Under the pieces are notes generated by a model. The model was not told where the DNA came from, made no database searches, and saw nothing but the letters and a program-made list of their open reading frames with translations. Positions 19,052 to 29,774 of a stretch of 64,000 bases of DNA are shown here, in pieces. The stretch lies in the sequence record NZ_CP020429.2; one strand, 5' to 3'. The stretch comes from a plasmid. Position numbers and translations under genes: made by a program. The stretch's first letter is position 1, and every line of letters starts with the position of its first letter.

Positions 19052-20410
19052 ATGCTTACATTAATTTATTATCAGTTCCGCTATACTAAAAAGCAATGGT
19101 TAGGAACAATACCTGTATTTTTAATTTCGAGTATTTTGGTGGGGACTTGTTTAACAATCGCTAACAACATTTCTGCCAATCCGATACTGTTTCAAGATGT
19201 TGGAACTCCACTGCCCATATTTGTAGGTCCAATTATTTTTGGTGGCTTAACTTTATTATTTTTAATATCAAGTTCGATTCAGTTACTGTTAAATTATTTT
19301 AAGGAGGACTATCAAACTTGGAATAAATTAGGTACTAATAGGAATCAACTGGCTTTCTTAGTTGCAGGGCAAATCACAATTATTTCCTTTTTGGTCAGTA
19401 TTGTTGGAAGTTTTATCTCCATTTTTGTTGCTAGATATTATTACAGTCTAGTTCAACATTTAGCTGGAAAAGCACAACTACCTAGTATTCCCATCGTTTT
19501 TGATTTTAAAGCTTTTTGCCTCACCATATTGTTAATTTCAATATTAGCTTTTTGTGGTAGCTTTATACATACACGTAAAATCTTAAATCAAGTTATCGAA
19601 TCACAAGAAAATGATAATTTAAAAAGACGTAAGTTATCTAGAGTAGCTAAGCTAGGTGGTACGACCATACTATTCTTCCTATGGGGATGGTTAGCATATG
19701 AATTTTTTTACCCTCCAACTTCTCTATCAGGTGATGACTTAATATTTAAGTTGGACGATAATATTTTAGTCATATTAATACTTCATATTATTATGATTCA
19801 TTTTCTTTCCCCAGAGTTACCAGAGTTTATCGTAAAATTGTTATTTAGAAAAACTCATAGTTATAGTTCTACATTAGCTAAGTGGCAAGTTCTTGAAAAT
19901 CGTTCGTATCTAAAGTCCCTATCTTCTTCAGTAATGATGGGAATAGTGCTGATTTCTGGATTTTTGATGTACTCTGCTGTTTCATATGGTGATTTAGCAA
20001 ATCAGTCTCAGCAGGCTAATGAAACTAACGCAGTATTACTGCTCTTTGTAGCAGGCCCTATCTTAGTTATTCTTGCAAATATCATTACCATTACGATACT
20101 GTCCTCATTTGCAGAAAAAAGGGTTGTTCAACAGTGGAATGTACTTGGCATTTCCAAATCACAAAGATATTTTGTTCGTCTGTCCGAGGCGGGGATTTAC
20201 AGTCTTTTGATTGTGATTATTTCTTCAATTTTCAACTCTATATATTATGTTTTATCGCTTCAACTAGCTAAAGCTATTAGTGTAAAAGTAACTAGTAGTG
20301 CAAATGCTTATCTCTATACTTTGCTAATCTCAATTCTTATGTTTCTTTTTCTAGTTATAACAAAGGTATCTATAGATAGTAATGTTGATAGAAATACAAA
20401 AGAAGTTTAA
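19052..20410 (+). CDS. FtsX-family ABC permease
   Basis: 452-aa polytopic membrane protein coupled to the ATPase. Confidence 0.75.
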   Translation: MLTLIYYQFRYTKKQWLGTIPVFLISSILVGTCLTIANNISANPILFQDVGTPLPIFVGPIIFGGLTLLFLISSSIQLLLNYFKEDYQTWNKLGTNRNQLAFLVAGQITIISFLVSIVGSFISIFVARYYYSLVQHLAGKAQLPSIPIVFDFKAFCLTILLISILAFCGSFIHTRKILNQVIESQENDNLKRRKLSRVAKLGGTTILFFLWGWLAYEFFYPPTSLSGDDLIFKLDDNILVILILHIIMIHFLSPELPEFIVKLLFRKTHSYSSTLAKWQVLENRSYLKSLSSSVMMGIVLISGFLMYSAVSYGDLANQSQQANETNAVLLLFVAGPILVILANIITITILSSFAEKRVVQQWNVLGISKSQRYFVRLSEAGIYSLLIVIISSIFNSIYYVLSLQLAKAISVKVTSSANAYLYTLLISILMFLFLVITKVSIDSNVDRNTKEV

Positions 20411-20689
20411 TTTTCAAACATCATTTTCATAAAGAGTAGAAAGTTGAAAAATTTCACTACTGTAAGCTATAGCATGTGCATCTGATATAGAAAATAAGAG
20501 AATTTATTGGCTCATTTTCAACTGAACGGAGTAACTCATTTTAGGATGGTGTTTTTTGTTTAGATTGGTTGCTTCGATAAAGCAATCTGCTTTCTCGCTT
20601 AATCTGATTGTTAGCATTTACGAAATTTGGTTGAAAAAATATAAAAAAGTGAAATAAAGTATCCTCTGAGTTTCGAAAACAAGACCTGT

Positions 20690-20985
20690 TATGATATACT
20701 TATATCAAGGTTAAGGAATGAGGTTTCTCCCCTCTCCTTAACCCCACCATTGTTGTTGTAAGGTTAGACGAGATTTCTCCTCTCGGAACTAACATAATCT
20801 TTTCATTTCTACTAGTTATGAACAGGGACATCCCATAAACATAACTGTACTTTCTGTTTTTAGTGTTGTTAGGTTTCTCCCCTAACAGATAAACTAAAAA
20901 TAGTCATTGTTTTTCTTCTTTGTAGAAATAATACTAGGAAAACGAGGTAGTCCATTGAGACTTGCCTCGTTTTTTGTTGTCTCGT
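20690..20985 (+). ncRNA. candidate small RNA with three stem-loops, each carrying an identical 7-nt loop UUUCUCC, ending in a terminator
   Basis: Hairpins at 20711-20741, 20769-20785 and 20869-20885. TATGAT(A) -10-like box at ~20690. Terminator hairpin 20941-20976 followed by T6. No ORF. Confidence 0.35.
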
Positions 20986-21189
20986 AAAGGTTACTTTAAA
21001 AAAACCATTGGAACAACAGGAAGTTCCAATGGCCACAACAACAATATTTTTCATAAAAACAATGACTTGTATCTAGGAAAAATCCTAAATCAGCCATAAC
21101 GACCTTGTTTTTTCCGCCGACATTGATACCGCGGAGTAAAAGTGCATAACGCTTGTGTGCTCCTTACAAATATATCTATTATTTCCAAA

Positions 21190-21687
21190 CTAACTGTTAG
21201 AGTTTCTAATGTAAATCATCCGTTTTTCTTTCACGGCTTCTCCTAGGTCAATGACCTTTTCCTGACCGTCAAAAACAAAACCTATTTTTTCATAAAAGGC
21301 GATGGCACGTTTGTTATCTTCTAAAACCCATAATATAATCTCTTGATAACCATCCAAGGCAGCAAAAGCAGCTTGTATGAGCTGCCGGCCCACACCCTTG
21401 CCATAATAATCTTTTAAGACATACAAGGCGAAAATTTCACCCGCTATCGTAGCTGAATCTCGAAAATCACCGTAGCTAACAAAGCCGACCACTTTAGCAT
21501 CATCCAATGCGATTAAGGTATTTTCAGGATACTTTTGACTATAAAACCGGCACTTATCCAAAGTCATTTGTTCTTGAAAATCCGCGGGCAAAATCTCATC
21601 ATAAGCTTCACGCCATGTCTGCCAATGAACTCTGGATTTCCCTTCTATCTCCTCAGCTGTCACCATTGGTTTGATTGTGATGACCAT
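21190..21687 (-). CDS. GNAT-family N-acetyltransferase
   Basis: 165 aa. LYVLKDYYGKGVGRQLIQAA acetyl-CoA binding motif. Confidence 0.75.
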   Translation of the reverse strand: MVITIKPMVTAEEIEGKSRVHWQTWREAYDEILPADFQEQMTLDKCRFYSQKYPENTLIALDDAKVVGFVSYGDFRDSATIAGEIFALYVLKDYYGKGVGRQLIQAAFAALDGYQEIILWVLEDNKRAIAFYEKIGFVFDGQEKVIDLGEAVKEKRMIYIRNSNS

Positions 21688-21915
21688 TTGTTTCCTCCTT
21701 GAATAAATCTATCTCAATTATTCCGCCTGAAAACCATTTCTATCTAATTTCCCATTTTCTCCCCAAACTACTACATAAACATTTTTGGGTAAGCTAGTAA
21801 AATCAACATAGTCAGTTAGTCTCGCACCTTCAGGAACCTCGCCTTCCAGAAATAGATACATTTCTAGTCTAACTTATTGATTGTGTTATTTCAAGGGTAG
21901 GAAATCAGAATAAGA

Positions 21916-23070
21916 GTGTTATTATCTCAAAAGTCAACCTATGTCACTAGGTTGCGACACCTATATAAAATAGCCTATCATGGCTTCATGGTAGAATTTA
22001 AAGATTATGAAAATACACAGGAACTAGAAGGCTGGTACAATTGGCCAGTTAGGGCCTCTAAAAAGATAAAATCCATTAGGGCAATCAATAGTGTCATCTC
22101 TTACTTTAGGAGACATCGATTAAAGAGAACGCTAATCATTAGCTATACTTTACTGGGTACAATGGTATGGACAGCTACGACTGGCTATTTCTCTCCTAAA
22201 CGGGTTACTTACACGGAGACACAGCTGCGAGCGACGCAAACCTTTGGTAATGGCCTTGGAAGCATCACAGCAACCTCTATGACGTATTCACCATCTAATG
22301 GAATGGTCGTTATGGAATTAGCAACATCAGATGCGACTAGTGCTATTCAGAAAGGAATCAATACTGAAAATCTTGATTGGCAAGTTTTCTTGCCAAGTAG
22401 TGTCAAGAACCCAGAAGCAGTGACTTTAGAAGTTATTCCGTTAACTGGAGATAAAGTGTATCTGGTTTTGCGTAATGTTCCTTCAGATTATACGCTCATG
22501 GTTATTCGAGCGACCAATAAGACGCCAAACTCTAACAGTCTAAAGTTGGATGTTCAAGAATATGACGATTACTTGTCATCAAGTAGTAATTCAGTTTTCA
22601 ATCAGAAAAAACAAAAAGATAATGATTTTAACAAGACCTATGTTGATTTCTTTGTAACTCCTCAAAATGAACTTCTCAAAAACAAGTATGTTAAGAATTT
22701 ATCACGTGAGAAGTTTGCTCTTAATATTTTCGAAGAGGAGTTGAAGTATCAAAAAGGTCAACGGAAAGAACTTCTGAATTCTGCAAAAACACTTGATGAC
22801 AGTGTCAAGGAAGATACTAAGACATTGGAGCAGTTGAAGCGTGAGTCAGAATACTTGGTCGGTAACGACTTAACCGATAAGCAGAGTGATATGGAAGCTA
22901 TCGAGAAAAGTATGGACTCTAAAGAGAAGGATGGAGCGAAAGCGCGTGAAAATGCTGCTTATGTTCAGACAATCATTGAACAGATTGAAAAGAATATCAA
23001 AGCAGTTAAGAATGGTACTTACAAGTTTAATTCACCAGTACGATCAGTAAAACAAGATATTGGGGAATAA
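21916..23070 (+). CDS. membrane-anchored coiled-coil protein, first gene of T4SS-like block 1. True start probably internal.
   Basis: TM helix TLIISYTLLGTMVWTATTGYF, C-terminal Lys/Glu-rich coiled coil. Palindromic motif at 21943-21960 just upstream. Confidence 0.4.
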   Translation: MLLSQKSTYVTRLRHLYKIAYHGFMVEFKDYENTQELEGWYNWPVRASKKIKSIRAINSVISYFRRHRLKRTLIISYTLLGTMVWTATTGYFSPKRVTYTETQLRATQTFGNGLGSITATSMTYSPSNGMVVMELATSDATSAIQKGINTENLDWQVFLPSSVKNPEAVTLEVIPLTGDKVYLVLRNVPSDYTLMVIRATNKTPNSNSLKLDVQEYDDYLSSSSNSVFNQKKQKDNDFNKTYVDFFVTPQNELLKNKYVKNLSREKFALNIFEEELKYQKGQRKELLNSAKTLDDSVKEDTKTLEQLKRESEYLVGNDLTDKQSDMEAIEKSMDSKEKDGAKARENAAYVQTIIEQIEKNIKAVKNGTYKFNSPVRSVKQDIGE

Positions 23071-23105
23071 ATATAAAAAGGAAAGAAAGGACTTTATTAA
23101 CGATT

Positions 23106-23504
23106 ATGACAATTGACGAACAACGCTACTTACTTAACCAAGATTGCCTATTGATGAAATATCAGCGAGGTAACGCTATGAATGAACCCCTTCAAATTTT
23201 TAGAGGGAAATGGGCAGACGGTTTAGAACGCCTACACCAAATCATTGATAAAGAAGTTGGTTGGAAGAACTTTCGTAGTTTTGTCTCAAGTAACGTTCAT
23301 CATGACGCTGAAACATCCATTGAGGTAGTCAAGAAACACTTGAACCAATGCCGTATTGAATGTACGGACCTTTTGGATATTGATTTTGGAGAGAAAGGTT
23401 CTATATGTATTCAGAGGAATCAAGTAGAGCTTTTGACTGAGAAATTCCGTTATTTCCTTTATTTTGAAAGTAATATTCAACCAATGATGGATATTGACTT
23501 CTAG
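23106..23504 (+). CDS. hypothetical protein (132 aa)
   Basis: ORF in an operon-like array. Confidence 0.4.
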   Translation: MTIDEQRYLLNQDCLLMKYQRGNAMNEPLQIFRGKWADGLERLHQIIDKEVGWKNFRSFVSSNVHHDAETSIEVVKKHLNQCRIECTDLLDIDFGEKGSICIQRNQVELLTEKFRYFLYFESNIQPMMDIDF

Positions 23505-23916
23505 GAGGTACTGGATGAATCAAGAAGAAAATCAACAACAAGAGGGGAACTGGGGACTGCCTCGTGGTCTTTACACACAGGTAAAGTACTACGGTGTTCC
23601 GGTAATGAAAGCCTTCATTATAGTAGGGAGTTTTGTTTTTCCGCTACAATTCAGGGATATATTTTTCCCTAGAGGGCAAGAGTTGAAGTTCCTAATCAAT
23701 TTACTCTGTACAATGACTTTAACGATTTATTGGATGATCCCTTCTTCGTCTGGTGGAAATAAGTTCTGGGAATTTATTCATGCACACCGTCGGACAAAGA
23801 AACGTTATTATCCAATTGATAAGAACTGTTACCCAGAGTTGAGAGATGATGGCTCGAAAAACCGTCGCTACTTAATGGATAAGGCTGCAGAACGTTTAGG
23901 AAGGAAGTATAAATAG
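23494..23916 (+). CDS. hypothetical membrane protein (140 aa)
   Basis: Two TM segments, overlapping start and stop with its neighbours. Confidence 0.4.
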   Translation: MTSRRYWMNQEENQQQEGNWGLPRGLYTQVKYYGVPVMKAFIIVGSFVFPLQFRDIFFPRGQELKFLINLLCTMTLTIYWMIPSSSGGNKFWEFIHAHRRTKKRYYPIDKNCYPELRDDGSKNRRYLMDKAAERLGRKYK

Positions 23917-25860
23917 ATGAAGGAGAGGACTAACCATAATCTTAGTAAGACTCCTTATATTGACAAATACACAACAGACCTTACTGAGAAAATCAGACCC
24001 AAGCGTCAAGATTTTGTGGCTTGGGGTAGACAAGATGAAATCAGACAAGTCTTTATCTCACTGAATCGATTAGAAAAAAACTCTCCTGTACTAATTGGTG
24101 AAGCTGGTGTAGGTAAAACAGCTATTGTAGAAGGAATTTGTGCGGATATTCTTAACAATAAAGCCCACGTCCCAACACGTTTCCGAGGTAAGCAGGTTAA
24201 GCAACTAGAATTATCTGCTATCCAAGGGAAAGAATTTGACCATACTGGTAAAGAGGTGAACATCATTGCTAAAATGGACGGGTTGATTAAAGAGTTTATG
24301 GCTCATAAAGATGAGTTTATCCTCTTTATTGATGAAGTGCATACCATTATGGGAACTGGGGTTGAGGGAAGTGCTCTTGACGTCGCTAATAGCTTGAAAC
24401 CAGCCTTATCTCGTGGGGAAATCTATCTTATATCAGCTACCACAGCTGATGAGTTTATGATTATTGAACGAGATCCTGCAATGGAACGACGTCTACAACC
24501 AGTTTACGTTGATGAACTGGACAAAGAGGCATCTATTTTGGTCTTAAAAAAACGTCGACCAAAGTACAAACGAGAACTTGACATTGAGATTCCTAATGAT
24601 GTCATTAAGGCGGCAGTGGAATTATCTATTCGTTATATTACGGATAAAATGCTTCCAGATAAAGCTATTGATATTATTGATGAAGCTTCAGCGACTGCAA
24701 ATATAGATGGAAAATCAGAGATTACCTTAAGAGATATTGCGAATGTCATTCACCGTAAAAAAGGTATTCCAATGGAAAGTCTACTACGCACGTCTTCAAC
24801 TCCAGTGGATTTTGCGGAAGGGATGCGTGCTGTTGTTAAGGGGCAAGATCATGTGATTCGAACCATAGCACGCCTTATGTATAAGGGAATCCAGGGAGGA
24901 CAGAACAAGCGAAGACCTCTTGGAACTCTTCTTCTACTTGGAACAACTGGTACAGGTAAAACTGAATTGGCGAAACAAGCAGCCAAACAACTGTTTGGTA
25001 GTGAAGAAGCGATGATTCGGCTGGATATGTCAGAATACATGACAGATAATGCCGTTGTTCGTCTTATAGGAAATGACGAACGAAAAGGTGACTTAACGGA
25101 AAAAATTAAGAAGAATCCCTACTCGTTAGTACTATTGGACGAGTTAGAAAAGGCTCATCCAGATGTCTGGGCTTTGTATTTGCAAATGCTTGATGATGGA
25201 CATTTGACTGATGGACGTGGACGAAAAATCAATTTTAAGAATACGTTCATCATTGCAACATCAAACGTGGGTCATAAGCGAATCAAAGATAAATATATCA
25301 CCTCTGGTCAAACTTTTACAGAAATGAACAAGACTGACTATAAAGAGTTCATGAAGGACATGAGAGACGAGTTAATCAAGATCTTTAAACGTCCTGAATT
25401 TATCAACCGTTGGAAAATTGAAGTGACTAATATCTTGACGAAACAAACCATTGATAAGATTGTCTATTCAAAAATGGCAGTGCATGAGAGTAGTTGGTTT
25501 AAAGAGCATCATATCCTTATTAATTATGAGGATGTTAAGGATGGTAACCAAACTATCGATGGCAAAAAATACTTTTATGAATATCTTAGTAGTGTCGGTG
25601 TTAGTCCAGAAGATGGAGCAAGGCCTTTAGAGAGAACTATTGATGAAGTGTTAACTGATGAAATCTTTGAGCAATTGTATTTCCTTGGGCGAAAGCCACA
25701 AGATTACTTTATGGTTGATGTGTCTTTATCTGGACATGCACCAGGAACGTTTGCGTATGGGAACTCAGGTAGAAAGACCGTTCAAGATAGACGTCAGACA
25801 CATATTAGTGTCAAACGGATACCTCCAGAGGAGTATGGTAACTATTTGCTTACTTCTTAA
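23917..25860 (+). CDS. ClpB/ClpC-family double-AAA+ ATPase lacking the N-domain and middle domain
   Basis: D1 Walker A GEAGVGKT and Walker B LFIDEVH. D2 Walker A GTTGTGKT, Walker B LVLLDELEKAHPDVWALYLQMLDDGHLTDGRGR, and GARPLERTI in the C-terminal small domain. Confidence 0.8.
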   Translation: MKERTNHNLSKTPYIDKYTTDLTEKIRPKRQDFVAWGRQDEIRQVFISLNRLEKNSPVLIGEAGVGKTAIVEGICADILNNKAHVPTRFRGKQVKQLELSAIQGKEFDHTGKEVNIIAKMDGLIKEFMAHKDEFILFIDEVHTIMGTGVEGSALDVANSLKPALSRGEIYLISATTADEFMIIERDPAMERRLQPVYVDELDKEASILVLKKRRPKYKRELDIEIPNDVIKAAVELSIRYITDKMLPDKAIDIIDEASATANIDGKSEITLRDIANVIHRKKGIPMESLLRTSSTPVDFAEGMRAVVKGQDHVIRTIARLMYKGIQGGQNKRRPLGTLLLLGTTGTGKTELAKQAAKQLFGSEEAMIRLDMSEYMTDNAVVRLIGNDERKGDLTEKIKKNPYSLVLLDELEKAHPDVWALYLQMLDDGHLTDGRGRKINFKNTFIIATSNVGHKRIKDKYITSGQTFTEMNKTDYKEFMKDMRDELIKIFKRPEFINRWKIEVTNILTKQTIDKIVYSKMAVHESSWFKEHHILINYEDVKDGNQTIDGKKYFYEYLSSVGVSPEDGARPLERTIDEVLTDEIFEQLYFLGRKPQDYFMVDVSLSGHAPGTFAYGNSGRKTVQDRRQTHISVKRIPPEEYGNYLLTS

Positions 25861-25933
25861 GGGGTGTCACTAGGTTGTGACTCGTAGATGGACTATTGTA
25901 GACTACAGATATTAAAATTTTAAGGAGGCTGTT

Positions 25934-26281
25934 TTGAAAGAAAACACATTTTTGAACAACGTGAAGACAAAGGCATCAACACTAGGAATGACTGCTTTGT
26001 TGACGTTAAACTCTGTATCACTTGCTTTTGCGGAGCAAACTGGAGGAAAAGCTACTAACCCAGCTAATGAGGCTACTAATACGCTTAATGATGTTTCAGG
26101 TATGTTGCGACTTGTATTCCCAGGGATAGCAATAATATCTGGTTTACTTGCATGTATATTGATGATGATGGGTGACAAGAAACGAACGGAAGCCCTTGAC
26201 CGACTCTTGTGGATTGCGATCGCACTATGTGTTGGTTCGGCACTTGCTTCGGTTGTTGAATATCTTTGGCAACCCAAATAA
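25934..26281 (+). CDS. VirB2/TrbC-like T4SS pilin-type small membrane protein (TTG start)
   Basis: Signal peptide, two hydrophobic helices, 115 aa. RBS TAAGGAGG. Sits in a T4SS context. Confidence 0.55.
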   Translation: MKENTFLNNVKTKASTLGMTALLTLNSVSLAFAEQTGGKATNPANEATNTLNDVSGMLRLVFPGIAIISGLLACILMMMGDKKRTEALDRLLWIAIALCVGSALASVVEYLWQPK

Positions 26282-26301
26282 GTAGTTAAGAGGTATACTT
26301 T

Positions 26302-27507
26302 ATGGAAAAAGAATTACTTACCATAAAGGGGAATCGCAAGGTATTGTTTCCCGATGCCTTGTTTCTTTATATCGAGTGGAAAGGCAATGCAAATCCTAAA
26401 AAGGATGAAGAGTTAGCGGATATCATTGATGACTTAGATACTGAATATTTCCCTAGTAATAAAAAGGAAAGTATCGCTCAAAGTCTACCATTTCTAACTT
26501 TTAAACAAGCAGAATTACTTTTTCGAGAAATCAAAAAGCGTTATTCTGAATTTACCTTAAAAGGAATTGCCCTTGCTAGTCAACCGATGGAACAAAATGG
26601 TCGTGTCACACGACCAACAACGGGAGTCCCTAGTATTGAAGGACAACCTCAGATTACCCCTTTTGTTATTACGAAAGATTATAAGGAACTCGTTACCCCA
26701 CTCATCGAAGAAGCACACCGTGATAAACGGTTTGAGAAAACAACATATGAAGGGATCTCCAACTTTTTCAGTGGTCCAATGGGGTTGCTTCCATGTTATG
26801 CTGAAAGTTTAGGCTTGTCTCTTGTTGATATGCCACCTTATCCAAAACCAGGAACGATTGAAGGAGAACTTCCAAATCGTCTTATGTCGAATAAGGATAA
26901 GTATAAACAGTCAGTTGCTGGAGCCAAGAAACGGAAGGAGAAAACAGGCAGAGTGTATGAAGATGAAGAAGTAGGACCACCAAGTAAGTTGCCATTGATT
27001 TTGGCTATTGTCTCTTGTACGTTGTCGGTGTTCTTATTGTTGATGCTAATGGTCTACAATAGCAATTTCACGCGCGTCAAGAAAGAACTTGTGGCCACAA
27101 CAGATAAAGTTGAGCGTCTTATAATGATACAAGATCATGAACATGAGATTGATGTTATGGCTCGCTATTTCTTGTCATACTATTATTCAGGAGACAAGGA
27201 TAAGCTTAAGGCTTACTTGGATAATAACGACGCTAAATTTACTAACCCAGAGGTAGCGACTGTTTCTAGCACAATGTTGGAGAAAGTTGAACTCGTTAAG
27301 AATGAGAAAGATACCTATGAGGTTACATACGTTGTTGGTACAACGGATGAGGCTCAAAAAACGACAGTTCGTCGTGTTACTTTCAATGTTAAGAAAAAAC
27401 CATCAGCTACTCAAGGTTGGGTAGTTACATCTGAACCGACAACAACAGCATTTGCAACGCCAACATCTCCTTCTACTGAAACTTCAGCTGAAAACAAGGA
27501 GGGATAA
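26302..27507 (+). CDS. single-pass membrane protein, T4SS-associated (possibly VirB8/TcpC-like)
   Basis: Central TM helix (LPLILAIVSCTLSVFLLLMLMV), a soluble C-terminal domain and a Thr/Pro/Ser tail. Confidence 0.4.
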   Translation: MEKELLTIKGNRKVLFPDALFLYIEWKGNANPKKDEELADIIDDLDTEYFPSNKKESIAQSLPFLTFKQAELLFREIKKRYSEFTLKGIALASQPMEQNGRVTRPTTGVPSIEGQPQITPFVITKDYKELVTPLIEEAHRDKRFEKTTYEGISNFFSGPMGLLPCYAESLGLSLVDMPPYPKPGTIEGELPNRLMSNKDKYKQSVAGAKKRKEKTGRVYEDEEVGPPSKLPLILAIVSCTLSVFLLLMLMVYNSNFTRVKKELVATTDKVERLIMIQDHEHEIDVMARYFLSYYYSGDKDKLKAYLDNNDAKFTNPEVATVSSTMLEKVELVKNEKDTYEVTYVVGTTDEAQKTTVRRVTFNVKKKPSATQGWVVTSEPTTTAFATPTSPSTETSAENKEG

Positions 27508-27510
27508 CCT

Positions 27511-29754
27511 ATGGGTGCAGAAGCAACAATTGAGATTGAACAAGGGAAGGTCTGGCCATCCCTATCAGATATGATCTCTCAATCGAAAGATTGGCCTAAT
27601 GAAGTTGGTCCTAAAGGTTGGGGAGGTGACAAGGATAAAGAGCTATTATTGGCATCCTTTTATGCACAGTGGGACCAATACCTCCACCCAACAACTGGGG
27701 TCTTTATAGCTTTTGGCTTTATTCCCGAGATGCTATCAAAAGGTATCTATAGTTTTAGTTATGCGATTGAGAAAGCATACCTCAACATGTTTAAGTTGTT
27801 CGGGATGTTTGATTATATTAGTCAATCCGATAGCTTTGTTGGTCAAGTTTATAAGTGGCTTCAAATCGTTGGGATTTCTTTATTTGTTTTGGTAACGCTC
27901 ATTCGTCTGATAATGGCAATGGCAGGAGCACCTTTCAGGTACAGAGAATTCTTCAATCACATTATTTTGGTAACTTTTTCTGTAACTGCACTTCCGGTAT
28001 TCGCTTCAAAATTTGGTAGTGCTATAGCGAAGGATACCGTAGGACTAGCCTATTATGACATAACTGGTAGTAGTCAGAGTGTTTCACTTTCTGTAACCCC
28101 ATTTCGGGGTAATACGGTTGACCTCGAAATGCTGTATGCAATGGATTTTGATACAGATAAGTTAGGCTATAATGAAGATACTCATTTTATAGCGGGTGAT
28201 AAAAACTGGAATACCATTTCAGATGGTAATATTTGGTTCACCAATTTTACTGAAACCTATGGCCCAACCAATAAAGCCATGTTGCAGTATTATTCTGGAC
28301 GTGAAGGACGAGTATCGTCGCTACCTAAGATGTTAGGAATACGAGAAGACGGTTCGGTTGATTGGTGGCAACAGGTTAAAAATAGTGCTGCGATGTCTAA
28401 CCCAGTAACAGCCCTTCTTCAAATCAGTAAATTGTTCTTTACTGGTTGGAAAGAGCAAAAAGACTTGAAGGAGGACCAGGCAAATTCACCTTATAATGGT
28501 TTCTCTGATGTAATGAGATCCACGCTCAACACCATTCGTTATGCAGATGGTAAGATAGCTTATGCACGAGTCACTACGTCAAAATCAGGTTATTTCCTTG
28601 GCTTTGATAATACAGCCTTTTTGCCGACTTACGCTCGCTATAAGGTTGACTGGATAGCACTGATAACCCAGCAAATTATTCTTTTGCTTCTTCTTGTCGG
28701 ATTGCTAGTAACGACGGTACGAGTAATTTTCAAAACGCTTATAACAGTGATTATTTCACCCCTCGTTTCTTACGCAGCAGTGGGAAATAGTATGAGAATC
28801 TTGGAAGTTTGGCAGGAAGTTATGACAGGAATTGCTGCCATCTGGTTCCAACTACTATTCGTTAAAGTAGCTCAATGGTTCTTAATTACTTATAGTGAAG
28901 TGAAACTCAATCTAGGTTCTGGAGCATCTGATGTTGCTAAGAAAACTCTAGGTGGAAGTTTCTATGATGGACTAGATCCATTCCAACATGCCATTGCGAC
29001 GATTGCGGTTTACCTTGGTGTTTATCTTGCGGTTTCTCAAGGTTCAAAAGTTTTGGAACGCTGGATAGGTATTGATACTAACCTTTCAAGTGGAACTAAG
29101 GCTGGAGTTGCTACAATGGCTGTTGGTGCGATGGCTGCTAATAAAATGGGTGGCGGTGCTAGAAACTTCGCTGTTGGTAGGTATAATCCAACTACTGGCA
29201 GACGAAATCAAAGTGGGTTTAACCGTCTCAGAAATAGTGTTAGTAGTGGAACCAAAGTTGGTGTAAAGGGACTTAAGACTGCTGGAAGTACAGTAGGTTC
29301 GACTGCTAACAATATCAGACGAGGTGCCTTAACTGCTGCTGGTGCTACTGCTGGTACAGTCGCTGGTACTTGGAAAGCAATGGCTGATAGGAGAGCTCAT
29401 GGTCTTAAGTATAGAGAGATTGTTGGTCAGTCAATGAGTGCTGCTGGACGTAATGTGTCTAAAGGAGTCAGAGAGACTGTTAAATCTGGTAAAGAAGTTG
29501 TTGGCAATGAATTCAGGAATGCTAGTCAAACAGTTAAGAGAGACTTCTCAAGTAGTTTCGGAGCAGGTTATACAAATACTAGAGATAATGTTAGAGACAA
29601 AATCTTAAATAGTACTGGTGGAGCTGGAAGAATTACTCCAAAGGGTGATACTTCAAGCATTACTCCTCCGACTCAAAGCTTACCAAAGAAGAATAGGTTA
29701 GACAGCGACAGTCGATTCCAGAAATTTGATGCTGGAGAAGATGGAGAATTGTGA
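27511..29754 (+). CDS. VirB6/TrbL-like polytopic T4SS membrane protein with a Gly/Ser/Thr/basic low-complexity tail
   Basis: 747 aa with at least 6 TM helices, then a 250-aa Gly/Thr/Ser/Arg/Lys-rich tail, as in Gram-positive VirB6 homologues. Confidence 0.55.
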   Translation: MGAEATIEIEQGKVWPSLSDMISQSKDWPNEVGPKGWGGDKDKELLLASFYAQWDQYLHPTTGVFIAFGFIPEMLSKGIYSFSYAIEKAYLNMFKLFGMFDYISQSDSFVGQVYKWLQIVGISLFVLVTLIRLIMAMAGAPFRYREFFNHIILVTFSVTALPVFASKFGSAIAKDTVGLAYYDITGSSQSVSLSVTPFRGNTVDLEMLYAMDFDTDKLGYNEDTHFIAGDKNWNTISDGNIWFTNFTETYGPTNKAMLQYYSGREGRVSSLPKMLGIREDGSVDWWQQVKNSAAMSNPVTALLQISKLFFTGWKEQKDLKEDQANSPYNGFSDVMRSTLNTIRYADGKIAYARVTTSKSGYFLGFDNTAFLPTYARYKVDWIALITQQIILLLLLVGLLVTTVRVIFKTLITVIISPLVSYAAVGNSMRILEVWQEVMTGIAAIWFQLLFVKVAQWFLITYSEVKLNLGSGASDVAKKTLGGSFYDGLDPFQHAIATIAVYLGVYLAVSQGSKVLERWIGIDTNLSSGTKAGVATMAVGAMAANKMGGGARNFAVGRYNPTTGRRNQSGFNRLRNSVSSGTKVGVKGLKTAGSTVGSTANNIRRGALTAAGATAGTVAGTWKAMADRRAHGLKYREIVGQSMSAAGRNVSKGVRETVKSGKEVVGNEFRNASQTVKRDFSSSFGAGYTNTRDNVRDKILNSTGGAGRITPKGDTSSITPPTQSLPKKNRLDSDSRFQKFDAGEDGEL

Positions 29755-29774
29755 TAACTAGTTTACAAAAAAAG

